Virus genome (UHGV): UHGV-1351982
Reading direction: 5' to 3' (one strand)
Length of the DNA stretch: 64,000 nt
Source: a virus
Below the pieces are notes generated by a model. The model worked only from the letters and a program-made list of their open reading frames with translations, was not told the DNA's origin and did no database searches. Positions 1-9,916 of the stretch are shown in pieces. Numbering within the stretch: position 1 is the stretch's first letter; each line of letters begins with the position of its first letter. The position numbers and the translations under genes were made by a program.

Positions 1-22
1 GTACAATTAGCTAAAATTGCAT

Positions 23-51
23 TTGGCAACTGCTCATAATTATTGTATAAT
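23..51 (+). promoter_or_regulatory. sigma70-type promoter (-35 TTGGCA, 17-nt spacer, extended -10 TGTATAAT), followed by a hairpin at about 79-104
   Basis: Hexamers read directly; same TATAATAT..ATAAATT leader motif as the other early promoters in this window. Confidence 0.45.
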
Positions 52-122
52 ATACACATAAATTTGAGAGAGAAAGTTTCGGATTGATAAGAAAGTCCGA
101 AGCAGAAAAATAAAAATTGTAC

Positions 123-152
123 TTGTCAAATCCTCCCGATTTAATGTATAAT
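123..152 (+). promoter_or_regulatory. sigma70-type promoter (-35 TTGTCA, extended -10 TGTATAAT) with conserved leader ATAAATTGATGAGAG before the ATG at 180
   Basis: Motif nearly identical to the leader upstream of the minus-strand gene starting at 58103. Confidence 0.5.
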
Positions 153-179
153 ATATACATAAATTGATGAGAGACAAAA

Positions 180-542
180 ATGAAATTCTTTGATTACGAG
201 AGAATTTACCTCTTAGCTAGAGGAAACTCCGACCTGATTGTCAAGCTATTTAATAGAATGCTTGCAGAGCCTGATGCTCACCAGTTACTGGTCGGTTCTT
301 CATTCATCTTGAATGAATCAACTATTGTTGATAACCCTTACAAATTGTCTAATAGACAACTGGCAGAATATCTAGGAATTCTAAGTCTACGAAATTATGC
401 CGAATATAAGTTTACAAACGATCCGAGTTTGGACATGCAATATGTTCCCATATGGATACCACGTTCTGTAATCGACACTAACCCACTAATTGCAATCAAT
501 AAATCGAAGATAATCTTTAAAGAGGAAATAAAATATGGCTAA
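180..542 (+). CDS. hypothetical early protein (120 aa)
   Basis: ORF directly downstream of promoter and leader; SD-like GAGAGAC before ATG; no recognisable motif. Confidence 0.5.
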   Translation: MKFFDYERIYLLARGNSDLIVKLFNRMLAEPDAHQLLVGSSFILNESTIVDNPYKLSNRQLAEYLGILSLRNYAEYKFTNDPSLDMQYVPIWIPRSVIDTNPLIAINKSKIIFKEEIKYG

Positions 543-1308
543 GTCTTGGGGCGAAACTACTGGCGGTTCTAACGATAAAATCGACTTCCTGAAATTCAAC
601 AACGGTGTAACTCGTGTTCGTATCGTTTCTGGTGTTCTTCCACGTTATGTCTACTGGCTGACTAACAAAGATGGTAATGCAGCTCCGTTTGAGTGCCTGC
701 GTTTCAACCGTACTAAAGAGAGCTTCGTTCGCGGTAAAGCTGACCCGATTCACGAAATGGGCTTCTTCGAGAAAGAGCTGGACAAAGATGGTAATCGTGT
801 TCCGCTGAAACCGAAGAAAAACTACATCGCTTTCGTTATCGACCGTTCTGATAACAAACTGAAAGTTATGGAAGTTAAAGCTACTATCCTGAAAGGCATC
901 CAGTCTATCATGAAGCAGCTGAAACTGTCCGACCCGTTCGATATCGATATTTCTATCGAGAAGAAAGGTAAAGGCTTCGATACTGAGTACGATGTACAGC
1001 AGATCGCAGCAATGCAGTTCCAGATGGCTCTGAAAGATCCTACTAGCGCAGAAGCTAAACTGCACGCCGCAGATGCCGATATTCTCGGTGAAGCTATGTG
1101 TGATGATACTGGTGAGTTCATCAAGTTTGAAAAAGTTCCTTCTCTGGAAGAAACCTACCCGGTTCCGTCCTACGAAGAGCAGAAAGAAGCTATTCTCGCC
1201 TTCATGGAAGGTCGTGAGAAGCAAGACGGCGGTGACGCTAAGTCTGGTGGTGATGCTGGTTCTCAGAAAGGCATCGACGCTGAAGCTGCTAGCGATCTGG
1301 ACGACTAA
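535..1308 (+). CDS. putative ssDNA-binding protein (T7 gp2.5-like)
   Basis: 257 aa with strongly acidic C-terminal tail (DGGDAKSGGDAGSQKGIDAEAASDLDD) typical of phage SSBs; sits in the replication/recombination block; assignment by resemblance only. Confidence 0.4.
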   Translation: MAKSWGETTGGSNDKIDFLKFNNGVTRVRIVSGVLPRYVYWLTNKDGNAAPFECLRFNRTKESFVRGKADPIHEMGFFEKELDKDGNRVPLKPKKNYIAFVIDRSDNKLKVMEVKATILKGIQSIMKQLKLSDPFDIDISIEKKGKGFDTEYDVQQIAAMQFQMALKDPTSAEAKLHAADADILGEAMCDDTGEFIKFEKVPSLEETYPVPSYEEQKEAILAFMEGREKQDGGDAKSGGDAGSQKGIDAEAASDLDD

Positions 1309-1317
1309 TAAACCAAG

Positions 1318-1342
1318 GGGAGCTACGGCTCCCTTTCTTTTT
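1318..1342 (+). terminator. rho-independent terminator (GGGAGC-TACG-GCTCCC then T-run)
   Basis: GC hairpin plus TTTCTTTTT immediately after the stop at 1308. Confidence 0.6.
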
Positions 1343-1347
1343 AACTT

Positions 1348-2325
1348 ATGAGAATACTATTTAGTGCTGATCATCATATCAAATTAGGACAAGATAAAGT
1401 TCCAAAGGAATGGCAGAAGCGTCGCTTCCTGATGCTAGGAGAACGGTTAAATGACATATTCCATAATCATAACTGTGATCTGCATATTGCTGGTGGTGAT
1501 ATTCTTGATGTTGCCGACCCATCGTCGGAAGAAATAGAACTTCTTGAACAGTTCATGTCAAGACTTGACCATTCAGGCAAGATCTTCACTGGGAACCATG
1601 AAATGTTAACTAAAACTATTTCATGTCTGTATCATTATGCAGGAGTTATTAATAAAGTAACAAACGGAAATTGGGAAGTCATTACTAAACCATATCGTTC
1701 TCCTGAATTTGATATTATCCCTTATGATGAAATCCACAAACCAAAGTGGAAACCATCTGAATCAAAACTATGTTTCACGCATGTTCGTGGTGAAATCCCT
1801 CCACATGTAAAACCAGAGATTGATCTAACGAGGTATAACTGTTATGACACTGTAATTGCTGGCGATTTACATTCTTATACTAATAGTCAAACTGTTGGTT
1901 CTACTAGACTTCTTTATCCAGGATCTCCATTAACTACATCGTTCCATAGAGAAAGAACAAAAGGTACAAATGGTTGTTTTATCATTGATACCGACACATT
2001 AAAAGTAGAATGGATTGAACTTGGTGACTTACCACAACTGATTCGTAAAACAATCGGAGTTGGTGAGGAAATGGAGCCTAGTGACTATGACCGTGTAATT
2101 TATGAAGTCACTGGTGACGTCGTTCAGTTAAAGTCTATTAAAGATTCCGATCTCTTAGATAAAAAGATTAACCATCGAGTTACTAAAGATGCTAAGTTAA
2201 ATCTTGTTGATCTTGATATGTTAGGCGAGCTTGAGCTTTACTTCCGTGAAGTTGAAAAGCTGTCTCAAGACGACATTGATAGAATCTTGGCTAGAGCTGC
2301 TAAATATGTCAAAGATTATAATTAA
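1348..2325 (+). CDS. D12: SbcD/Mre11-like nuclease subunit (T5 D12-like)
   Basis: Metallophosphoesterase motifs (SADHH, GGDILD, TGNHE, HVRGE); immediately upstream of the SbcC-like ATPase. Confidence 0.75.
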   Translation: MRILFSADHHIKLGQDKVPKEWQKRRFLMLGERLNDIFHNHNCDLHIAGGDILDVADPSSEEIELLEQFMSRLDHSGKIFTGNHEMLTKTISCLYHYAGVINKVTNGNWEVITKPYRSPEFDIIPYDEIHKPKWKPSESKLCFTHVRGEIPPHVKPEIDLTRYNCYDTVIAGDLHSYTNSQTVGSTRLLYPGSPLTTSFHRERTKGTNGCFIIDTDTLKVEWIELGDLPQLIRKTIGVGEEMEPSDYDRVIYEVTGDVVQLKSIKDSDLLDKKINHRVTKDAKLNLVDLDMLGELELYFREVEKLSQDDIDRILARAAKYVKDYN

Positions 2326-4144
2326 GACACTAAAATTCAGCAACGTTATGTCTTACGGTAAGGATATAGTAATTCATTTCGATAAGAATCCAGTTACTCA
2401 GTTAATCGGAGGAAACGGTCTAGGGAAGTCCACTATTGCTACTGTTATCGAGGAATTGTTCTATAACAAGAACTCACGTGGTATCAAGAAGGACGCCCTA
2501 TTCTCTTGGGGTTCTCCGAAGAAAGAGTATGATATGCACGCTTACTTCTCGAAAGATGAAGATGAGTATGAGTTGCATAAAGTAGTTAAATCAACTGCTA
2601 AGGTTACACTGATTAAGAATGGAGAAGATATCAGTGGACACACAGCAACTCAAACGTACAAGATGATTGAAGAGATTATGGGTGGTGACTTCCAAACATT
2701 CACTAAACTGATCTATCAATCTGTTGGTTCCAATCTAGACTTCCTCAAAGCAACTGATGCAACACGTAAAGCTTTTCTTGTTAATCTGTTCAATCAGGAA
2801 CAGTATAAAGAGATGTCAGAAACTATTAAGGCTGATCGTAAAGAAGTGGCAAGTACGTTAAGTAACTTGCAAGGCCAGATGGCCGTAATTACGAAGATCC
2901 TCAACGGAAAAGGCAATCTCGGAAGTTTACAAGAGCCAGTTGAAGTTCCAGAGTTTGATGAAGAACCATTAGCACAAGAACTTACTGAATCGAAAATTAA
3001 GGCGGCATTAGCCAAGTCACAAGAGGCTAATATTACTAAACTCCGTAATTTGGACAAAGCTGTACAAGTTGCCGAACAATCTTTCGAGCCTTTCAAAAAT
3101 TTCCCTGCGCCCACTGACCAATCTGAAGAGATCTCAAGTGTTACGCGTGACCTAACGATTGTTACCTCACGTGCGGGAGAAGTCAAGAAACGTTATCAGA
3201 AGTTTAAGCAAGAGGCTTCAAATACTGAATGTCCTACTTGTGGTACGCATCTTGATACAACTGCTGCTCAAAAAGCAATGGATATGGCTAGAACAGAATA
3301 TGATCCTCTGTTTAAAGAGAAACAATCTCTTGAAGCTACATTGGAGCAGTTAAAGAAAGAACAACTCGAGTACACTGCGTATACTAGAGCTAAAGATACT
3401 TTGGATAGGGCAGTAGCAGCTAGAGACGAGTTCAAAAATTCAATGAGTGATGCTTCTTTTGAAGAACTCAATGTGCAAATCCTACAGGTGCAAATCCGAC
3501 AATTAGAACAGGAAATCGCAGATGGACGTTCTAAAGTTGCAATTGCCAAAGAGCATAATGCAAATGTCGAATTAGCCAATGCAAAATATAAGGCGAAATT
3601 AGAACAGATTGAGAAAGCTGAGGCAGAAATGTCTGAGATAACGTCCAAACTGGATGGAGTATCAGAAGCTGTTGCTGATCTTGATATTCTGATCACTGCA
3701 TTGAAAAATCTGGTAGGATATAAATTAGAGCATAGTGTGAAAGTATTTGAGGAATTGATTAATAAATATCTTTCTATTATGACTGGTGGTAAGTTCGCAC
3801 TTGGATTTGAGCTTGATGAAACGAAATTACAAGTAGTAATCTTCAATGATGGGAACCGTACCAGTATGGAGAACTGCTCTACTGGTCAGCAAAGTAGAAT
3901 TAACCTAGCAACTCTGTTAGCTATTCGAATGCTGTTAACATCTATTAGTAAAGTTAATATTAATCTTCTGTTCCTTGACGAAGTTATTAGCTTTATTGAT
4001 ACGAAAGGACTTGATACTCTCGTTGAATTATTAAATGAGGAAGATAGTCTGAATTCTATCATTGTTTCTCATGGGCATACGCATCCATTAGCCCATAAGA
4101 TTACTGTCAAAAAAGATGCAGAAGGATTTTCCTACTTAGAATAA
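2306..4144 (+). CDS. D13: SbcC/Rad50-like recombination ATPase (T5 D13-like)
   Basis: Walker A GGNGLGKST, long central coiled-coil, signature CSTGQQSR, Walker B LLFLDEV; start placed at ATG 2306 (MSKIIIKTLKF) rather than the upstream ORF-track start at 2231 that overlaps D12. Confidence 0.75.
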   Translation: MSKIIIKTLKFSNVMSYGKDIVIHFDKNPVTQLIGGNGLGKSTIATVIEELFYNKNSRGIKKDALFSWGSPKKEYDMHAYFSKDEDEYELHKVVKSTAKVTLIKNGEDISGHTATQTYKMIEEIMGGDFQTFTKLIYQSVGSNLDFLKATDATRKAFLVNLFNQEQYKEMSETIKADRKEVASTLSNLQGQMAVITKILNGKGNLGSLQEPVEVPEFDEEPLAQELTESKIKAALAKSQEANITKLRNLDKAVQVAEQSFEPFKNFPAPTDQSEEISSVTRDLTIVTSRAGEVKKRYQKFKQEASNTECPTCGTHLDTTAAQKAMDMARTEYDPLFKEKQSLEATLEQLKKEQLEYTAYTRAKDTLDRAVAARDEFKNSMSDASFEELNVQILQVQIRQLEQEIADGRSKVAIAKEHNANVELANAKYKAKLEQIEKAEAEMSEITSKLDGVSEAVADLDILITALKNLVGYKLEHSVKVFEELINKYLSIMTGGKFALGFELDETKLQVVIFNDGNRTSMENCSTGQQSRINLATLLAIRMLLTSISKVNINLLFLDEVISFIDTKGLDTLVELLNEEDSLNSIIVSHGHTHPLAHKITVKKDAEGFSYLE

Positions 4145-4147
4145 AAC

Positions 4148-4630
4148 ATGGCCGTAGATAGTAGAGAGAAAGGTAAACGTGGGGAATATCAGGTAAGAGA
4201 TATACTACGTGAACGTACAGGTCTTGAGTGGGAACGTGTTCCAGGCTCTGGTGCTTTTGGCCAGAGCCATGGACTGAAGGGCGACATCTACCTTCCACCA
4301 CAAAGCGGACACATTAGTAAATACTGCTTCGAAGTTAAGTGGTATAAAGATGATAACATATCAAGTAATTTATTTAACGTTGGTGAATCCACTCTAGAGA
4401 AGTGGTGGCAGCAGTGTTCCCGTGAGGGTGAACAGATGAACTCCAAACCAGCCTTAATATTCAAGAAAGACAGAGGACAGTGGTTAATTGCTTTGGATAG
4501 CTCAGACCCGATGGTAGACAACTTAATGAGTCGTACCCATATGGTGTTAAATAAGAAAGACATGGAAATCGTAATCGGGTTATTCGAACCGTGGTTACAT
4601 CACGCATCTGTTGAGGACTTAATTAAATAA
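4148..4630 (+). CDS. hypothetical protein (D14 position)
   Basis: 160-aa ORF tightly packed between the SbcC-like gene and the flap endonuclease. Confidence 0.5.
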   Translation: MAVDSREKGKRGEYQVRDILRERTGLEWERVPGSGAFGQSHGLKGDIYLPPQSGHISKYCFEVKWYKDDNISSNLFNVGESTLEKWWQQCSREGEQMNSKPALIFKKDRGQWLIALDSSDPMVDNLMSRTHMVLNKKDMEIVIGLFEPWLHHASVEDLIK

Positions 4631-5505
4631 TGAGTAAATCCTGGGGAAAATTTATTGAAGAGGAAGAAGCTGAGCTGGCTTCTCGTCGCAACCTAATGAT
4701 TGTTGATGGAACTAACTTAGGCTTCCGCTTCAAACATAATAATAGTAAGAAACCATTCGCATCAAGTTATGTTTCTACAATTCAATCTCTGGCAAAATCC
4801 TATTCAGCTAGAACTACAATAGTTCTCGGTGATAAAGGAAAGTCTGTATTCCGTTTAGAGCATCTCCCTGATTATAAAGGGAACCGTGACGAAAAGTATG
4901 CACAACGTACAGAAGAAGAAAAAGCACTAGATGAACAGTTCTTTGAATATCTTCGTGATGCTTTCGAATTATGTGAAACCACATTCCCGACCTTTACTAT
5001 TCGTGGTGTAGAAGCAGACGATATGGCAGCTTATATTGTTAAGCTCATTGGTCATTTATATGATCACGTTTGGCTGATCTCTACTGATGGTGACTGGGAT
5101 ACCCTATTAACTGATCGAGTTTCTCGCTTCTCCTTCACCACACGTCGTGAGTACCATCTTCGTGATATGTATGAACACCATAACGTTGATGATGTTGATC
5201 AGTTTATCTCCCTGAAAGCAATCATGGGGGATCTCGGTGATAACATTCGCGGCGTTGAAGGCATTGGTGCAAAACGTGGTTATAACATTATCCGTGAATT
5301 TGGTAATGTTCTGGATATTATTGATCAACTCCCTCTGCCTGGGAAACAGAAGTATATACAGAATCTGAACGCATCGGAGGAGTTGCTTTTCCGAAACTTG
5401 ATTCTGGTTGATTTACCGACCTATTGTGTAGATGCTATTGCTGCTGTGGGTCAAGACGTATTAGATAAGTTTACGAGAGATATTTTGGAGATCGCAGGAC
5501 AATGA
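4630..5505 (+). CDS. D15: flap endonuclease / 5'-3' exonuclease (T5 D15)
   Basis: 291 aa; N-terminus MSKSWGKFIEEEEAE..NLMIVDGTNLGFRF matches my recollection of T5 exonuclease; FEN motifs; synteny. Confidence 0.85.
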   Translation: MSKSWGKFIEEEEAELASRRNLMIVDGTNLGFRFKHNNSKKPFASSYVSTIQSLAKSYSARTTIVLGDKGKSVFRLEHLPDYKGNRDEKYAQRTEEEKALDEQFFEYLRDAFELCETTFPTFTIRGVEADDMAAYIVKLIGHLYDHVWLISTDGDWDTLLTDRVSRFSFTTRREYHLRDMYEHHNVDDVDQFISLKAIMGDLGDNIRGVEGIGAKRGYNIIREFGNVLDIIDQLPLPGKQKYIQNLNASEELLFRNLILVDLPTYCVDAIAAVGQDVLDKFTRDILEIAGQ

Positions 5506-5948
5506 TTAAAATTAAACTAACTCATCCAGATTGCATGCCAAAGATTGGCTCTGATGATGCCGCAGGTATGGATCTGCGTGCGTTCTTCGGCACTAACCTT
5601 GCAGCAGATTTACGTGCTATTGCACCAGGCAAATCCCTTATGATTGACACCGGTGTTGCGGTGGAAATTCCGCGAGGTTGGTTTGGTTTGGTAGTTCCTC
5701 GCAGCTCTTTAGGTAAGCGTAAACTGATGATCGCAAATACCGCAGGAGTGATCGACTCAGACTACCGTGGTACTATTAAGATGAACCTTTATAACTACGG
5801 TTCTGAAATGCAAACTCTGGAGAATTTCGAGAGACTTTGTCAGCTAGTAGTACTACCACACTACTCAACTCATCATTTTGAAATCGTTGACGAACTAGAG
5901 GAGACTGATCGTGGAGAAGGCGGCTTTGGAAGCTCAGGAAGTAAATAA
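5502..5948 (+). CDS. dut: dUTP pyrophosphatase
   Basis: dUTPase motifs AGMDLRA, PRSSLG, GVIDSDYRG; 148 aa. Confidence 0.85.
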   Translation: MIKIKLTHPDCMPKIGSDDAAGMDLRAFFGTNLAADLRAIAPGKSLMIDTGVAVEIPRGWFGLVVPRSSLGKRKLMIANTAGVIDSDYRGTIKMNLYNYGSEMQTLENFERLCQLVVLPHYSTHHFEIVDELEETDRGEGGFGSSGSK

Positions 5949-6180
5949 TTATAACTATTCAGATCCTAATATGGTAGGCAATTTTGAGCAGTCAAATACT
6001 TATCATGTTGCAGTTGCTGAACCTAACCTGAATAATGTAGTTCTTAAGGTAGATCGTGAAGGTAACGTAATCCATTGGGATGAAGAAGCTTTTGTCGAAT
6101 TATGTAGTAAGTCTGATGATCCTACACTTAGAACTATGTTGGCAGTGTTTAACTTAGGTATTATTGCTGGAAGCAGATAA
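5911..6180 (+). CDS. hypothetical protein (GTG start, overlaps dut end)
   Basis: ORF only; ORF-track start is a GTG codon; weak. Confidence 0.3.
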   Translation: MEKAALEAQEVNNYNYSDPNMVGNFEQSNTYHVAVAEPNLNNVVLKVDREGNVIHWDEEAFVELCSKSDDPTLRTMLAVFNLGIIAGSR

Positions 6181-6184
6181 TAAT

Positions 6185-6218
6185 AAACCCCAGTGGATTT
6201 CCACTGGGGTTTTCTTTT
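6185..6218. terminator. bidirectional terminator hairpin (CCCCAGTGG-ATTT-CCACTGGGG, A-run before and T-run after)
   Basis: Perfect 9-bp stem between convergent genes ending at 6180 and 6217. Confidence 0.65.
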
Positions 6219-7431
6219 ACTTATCAAGTAATTGTTTTACCAATTTCTTAAGTTCATCAATTTCTTGCTGTTGCTTTTCAACAACTTCATTAAGTTCATT
6301 AAAAGCATTAACTAGGAGAGCGGTAACACCGCTATAACTTACACCTAAATACTCGCTGTTAGAGATTTTATAAACAGCCTCCGGCAAAACTGCCTGTACA
6401 TCCTGAGCTATTACACTTGCTTCCTCAGAATAAATAGAGTGTTCATCTTCATCAAGATTATTACGTTTAAAATAAGTATAACCCTTAATAGATTTAACTT
6501 TCTCTCTTGCTGTTTTAATCTCTTTTAAATTGGCTTTTAATCTAATATCAGAAGTGCTAACCCATTGAACGCAAGACGCATATCCAGCATCATTAAATGT
6601 GTAGATTGCACCTTTTATGTTAAAATGAGCCTCACAACCCCCGGCACTATATCTAACAACATCAAGGCCAGCAGCCCAGTCACCACCCCATCTAACTACT
6701 TTAAACACGTTTGAGGCAGCATCATCACCTGGTAATTCAACAAGAAGGCCACAAGCGCGATCGGCTTCAGCCTTAGCACGATTTGCCTCAGTAGTAGCAT
6801 CTACAGCCTTATCTCCTGCTTCTACAGCAGAACCAGCCGCATTAGTTTCTGATTCTTTAGCATTTAATTCTGATTGTTTAGCGGAAGCAGCATGTTCTCC
6901 AGCAGTTGTAGCAGCAGCTTCTGCACCTGCTTTTGCTGTTTCAGCACCAGTCTTAGCAGTTTCTGCAGCTGTCTGAGCTTGTTGAGCCGCAGTTTTAGCT
7001 TGTTCGGCAAGTCTACGACTGGTCTCCGCATTTTGAGCAGCTAATTCAGCAGAATTCCTGAATCCTTTAGATTCTTCCGCCGATGTAGCGGATGCTTCAG
7101 CACTCTTTTGTGACAGACCAGCTTGTCTCTCAGCTTCCGCGGCAGATGCCGCAGATTGAGTTGCAGATGTTTCAGAAGAAGTAGCATAAATTGCAGCTAG
7201 GTTCTCCGAGTCCTTAGCATTTGTTTCAGATTCTTTTGCTGCAATCTCAGAATCTTTTGCTGCCGCAGCAGAAGAAGCAGAGGCTTCTACAGCAGCAGTT
7301 AATTCACCAGCAGTAATAGAACTAATAGAATTACCTAAAACTACTGTATATTTAGGATACTTACTAGCAGTAGTTGTAGTGTCATCTATATTCAGAATCT
7401 GCTGTACAATAATTTTAGTTTTAAGTGCCAT
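6217..7431 (-). CDS. ltf: short lateral (L-shaped-type) tail fiber with C-terminal intramolecular chaperone domain
   Basis: Ala-rich repetitive N-terminal part; C-terminal about 130 aa with SDIRLK and EAVY.. motifs resembling self-cleaving intramolecular chaperone (S74-like) domains; position before collar/pb4 as in T5. Confidence 0.55.
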   Translation of the reverse strand: MALKTKIIVQQILNIDDTTTTASKYPKYTVVLGNSISSITAGELTAAVEASASSAAAAKDSEIAAKESETNAKDSENLAAIYATSSETSATQSAASAAEAERQAGLSQKSAEASATSAEESKGFRNSAELAAQNAETSRRLAEQAKTAAQQAQTAAETAKTGAETAKAGAEAAATTAGEHAASAKQSELNAKESETNAAGSAVEAGDKAVDATTEANRAKAEADRACGLLVELPGDDAASNVFKVVRWGGDWAAGLDVVRYSAGGCEAHFNIKGAIYTFNDAGYASCVQWVSTSDIRLKANLKEIKTAREKVKSIKGYTYFKRNNLDEDEHSIYSEEASVIAQDVQAVLPEAVYKISNSEYLGVSYSGVTALLVNAFNELNEVVEKQQQEIDELKKLVKQLLDK

Positions 7432-7853
7432 TATTGAGTTACTCCATCGCTGATGTATACTTTACCTTCCATAATACGGAAAGAACTGACTTCAGAGCCA
7501 ATTACATCACGAGTCATTAGGATATCATAATAACCAGCAAAACGTTGTCTTGGGTTATACTTATCACGTTCTTTAGATGCTTTTTCACCAATATTAGTAA
7601 CGTCTGCAACGGAAAGACTAATTGCAGCAGCACCTTGAGCAGCATCAATAACACGAGTTTTAAAGTTAGCTAGAACCTCGGCGTTCTCATCTAAACTAGA
7701 TTTAATAGTTCCTCGGAGTGAATATCCGGTTAAGTTAACAGGAACTTCTGTTGGTGGATATACACTGTCATCAACATCCATAAACTGCATGATAAGACCA
7801 TAAGGTACTTTCTCATCAACAACAATATCAATAACTCGGTTTTCTGTACTCAT
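7431..7853 (-). CDS. collar protein (T5 p132-like)
   Basis: 140 aa, position between ltf and pb4 as in T5; assignment by synteny and size. Confidence 0.45.
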   Translation of the reverse strand: MSTENRVIDIVVDEKVPYGLIMQFMDVDDSVYPPTEVPVNLTGYSLRGTIKSSLDENAEVLANFKTRVIDAAQGAAAISLSVADVTNIGEKASKERDKYNPRQRFAGYYDILMTRDVIGSEVSSFRIMEGKVYISDGVTQ

Positions 7854-7858
7854 TATAA

Positions 7859-9916
7859 TTACCTTATATGGATATACCCACTATTTAGGTCTATCTTCAT
7901 CTTGTAGTATGCTTCAGGGTTCCCTGATAACGCAGCATTTCTATCATAGATTATATTAACACCGATTTGTGATAAGAAGGCATTTCCTGCCACAATCTTA
8001 TCCGCAGTAACAGTTCCATTAACAATCATATTGCCATGAAGAACCATTGCAGGGTTAATCCATCCAGCTCCGTTCCATTGACGGGTAAATGCTGTTTGTG
8101 GAGCATTACTGTTAAATTGTGTTAGAACATCGTATTTAACCGGAGGTTTTCCAAAGTTATTTTGAAAGAATGCGTTAGCTTGTCCATCATCCCAACCGCC
8201 TAATCCAGGAATACCCATGGAGTACATCCCAGGACCACGCTGTCCATCATGTCCTATAGTACCTTCAGTACCACTCCATTGAACTACATCAGACCAGCTA
8301 GTACCTTCAAGAAGTTTGTCAGTAACTGGATCAAGTGTACCTGTAGTCGCATAGATATTTTGTGTCATATCTGTACGGTTAGGTGGAGTTTTTGACCAAC
8401 CAGGAGGTGGATAATCTTGTTCTAACGGTTTGGCCGGTAAAGATGTTGCTAACTTATAAACAAATACTATTTGCTTACCTTGTAAACCAGTTCCAATATC
8501 TACGTCACCATTTGGTGTTCCAATTACTACACCACTAGAAATACGCAGAGTAGTACCATCATAACGTATCCATTGTGTAGCATTACCAATGTCTAACTTA
8601 GCTTTGGCAGAGGTATTATCCATACCCATCCAAATACCAGAGTTATTATCCCCCCAGGATTTACCTTGAGTGTAAATTGCTGGGTTATCTTTACCAGACA
8701 AGTTAGTCATGATAAAGTTCGCAGCATTAATATCTCTAGTAATTACTTTACCATCAACGTTAACAACACGGTTTATAGGGTCAAAAGAAATAGGTGCTTT
8801 ACCTTCTTCATCTAGCAGACCAATGTTAATAGCACCAGTAGCTGCATCAATTAGGAATGTTTGTCTCCAGATTTCCCCATCTTTCATACTACCCTTAATA
8901 AAGGCATAGTTAACATCAATACCCGTCTCATTGACAAAACTATTATCTAGAGGAGTATCTTCATTCAGAATAAATGTTACAGGAGATGACTCTGTTATAT
9001 CTTGTTTGTTTGGTCCCCAGGCAATTGATGAAACCTTAAAGGTATGTTCAACTTTCCATGGGAATGATATAATCGTTGCAGCTCTGGCAGCACCCACGTT
9101 TATCTTTTGAGCTTTAGCCCATCCGGTTTTAGCGTATTCCTCGGAGTTTATGTAAGTAACCAAGAATTCACGAACGTTAGCACCAGCACCACGTTCCCAG
9201 TCCCACTCAATTCTAACATCATATCGTTCTTTACCATCAGCAATTCGTGCAGCTTTAAAAACAATATCGATAGGTGCAGTAGGAGGAACAAAATTATAAG
9301 CTACAGTTAGAATATTAGGGAACTCATAGTACCCAGAAGAATCAACTGTAACACCATCAGGCATAGTTACTTGACCAGATATTCTGATCTTATAATCTCC
9401 GATAGGAACTCCACCAAATTTAATAGTAGAACCTAAAGCCCCAATATAATATTTAGTCCATGGACTGTCTTCAGTGGCTGTACTTTTTAACTCAATAGTA
9501 CAGTAGCTTGCTTCACCAGTTGTTTCCACAACAACTATTGGTGCGCCCACCCCAACATCCACAGGTTCTGACTCAGATCTTGCTGCAACAATTATTGGCT
9601 TCTCTTTTGTTTTAAAGTTAGTTTCATTAGAGAGGTTAATACCAATTTTTGCATTTAAAAGTTCTGAGTCAATAATTGAGTCATAAAAAGCTCCCTGAAC
9701 CTGATAGGTAGTTGAGGGAGTTAAGTTATTGATCATAACAAAGAAAGTGTCGATTCCAGTGAAATCTCTCCTATCCACTTCTTCGCCAAGTTTAAGCCAG
9801 AATGATCTACCGATAACATCGTAGTCGGTATAGATAGAATGCTGGATATACGCCATAGTATATCCAGTCATAATACTATTTAAGACCATCTTGGCTGGTG
9901 CATTATTCGAAATCAT
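7859..9916 (-). CDS. baseplate/central fiber protein (T5 pb4-like)
   Basis: 685 aa (T5 pb4 about 688 aa); synteny upstream of pb3. Confidence 0.6.
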   Translation of the reverse strand: MISNNAPAKMVLNSIMTGYTMAYIQHSIYTDYDVIGRSFWLKLGEEVDRRDFTGIDTFFVMINNLTPSTTYQVQGAFYDSIIDSELLNAKIGINLSNETNFKTKEKPIIVAARSESEPVDVGVGAPIVVVETTGEASYCTIELKSTATEDSPWTKYYIGALGSTIKFGGVPIGDYKIRISGQVTMPDGVTVDSSGYYEFPNILTVAYNFVPPTAPIDIVFKAARIADGKERYDVRIEWDWERGAGANVREFLVTYINSEEYAKTGWAKAQKINVGAARAATIISFPWKVEHTFKVSSIAWGPNKQDITESSPVTFILNEDTPLDNSFVNETGIDVNYAFIKGSMKDGEIWRQTFLIDAATGAINIGLLDEEGKAPISFDPINRVVNVDGKVITRDINAANFIMTNLSGKDNPAIYTQGKSWGDNNSGIWMGMDNTSAKAKLDIGNATQWIRYDGTTLRISSGVVIGTPNGDVDIGTGLQGKQIVFVYKLATSLPAKPLEQDYPPPGWSKTPPNRTDMTQNIYATTGTLDPVTDKLLEGTSWSDVVQWSGTEGTIGHDGQRGPGMYSMGIPGLGGWDDGQANAFFQNNFGKPPVKYDVLTQFNSNAPQTAFTRQWNGAGWINPAMVLHGNMIVNGTVTADKIVAGNAFLSQIGVNIIYDRNAALSGNPEAYYKMKIDLNSGYIHIR

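Noticed and set aside
517-1224. 235-aa minus-strand ORF and nested 100-aa ORF (822-1124)
   Set aside because: Antisense to the well-supported plus-strand gene 535-1308; no RBS; composition typical of shadow ORFs.
2231-2305. ORF-track start of the SbcC-like gene at 2231
   Set aside because: It would overlap the D12-like gene by about 95 nt; the ATG at 2306 gives an SbcC-like N-terminus (MSKIIIKTLKF) and a 20-nt overlap, so the upstream extension was trimmed.
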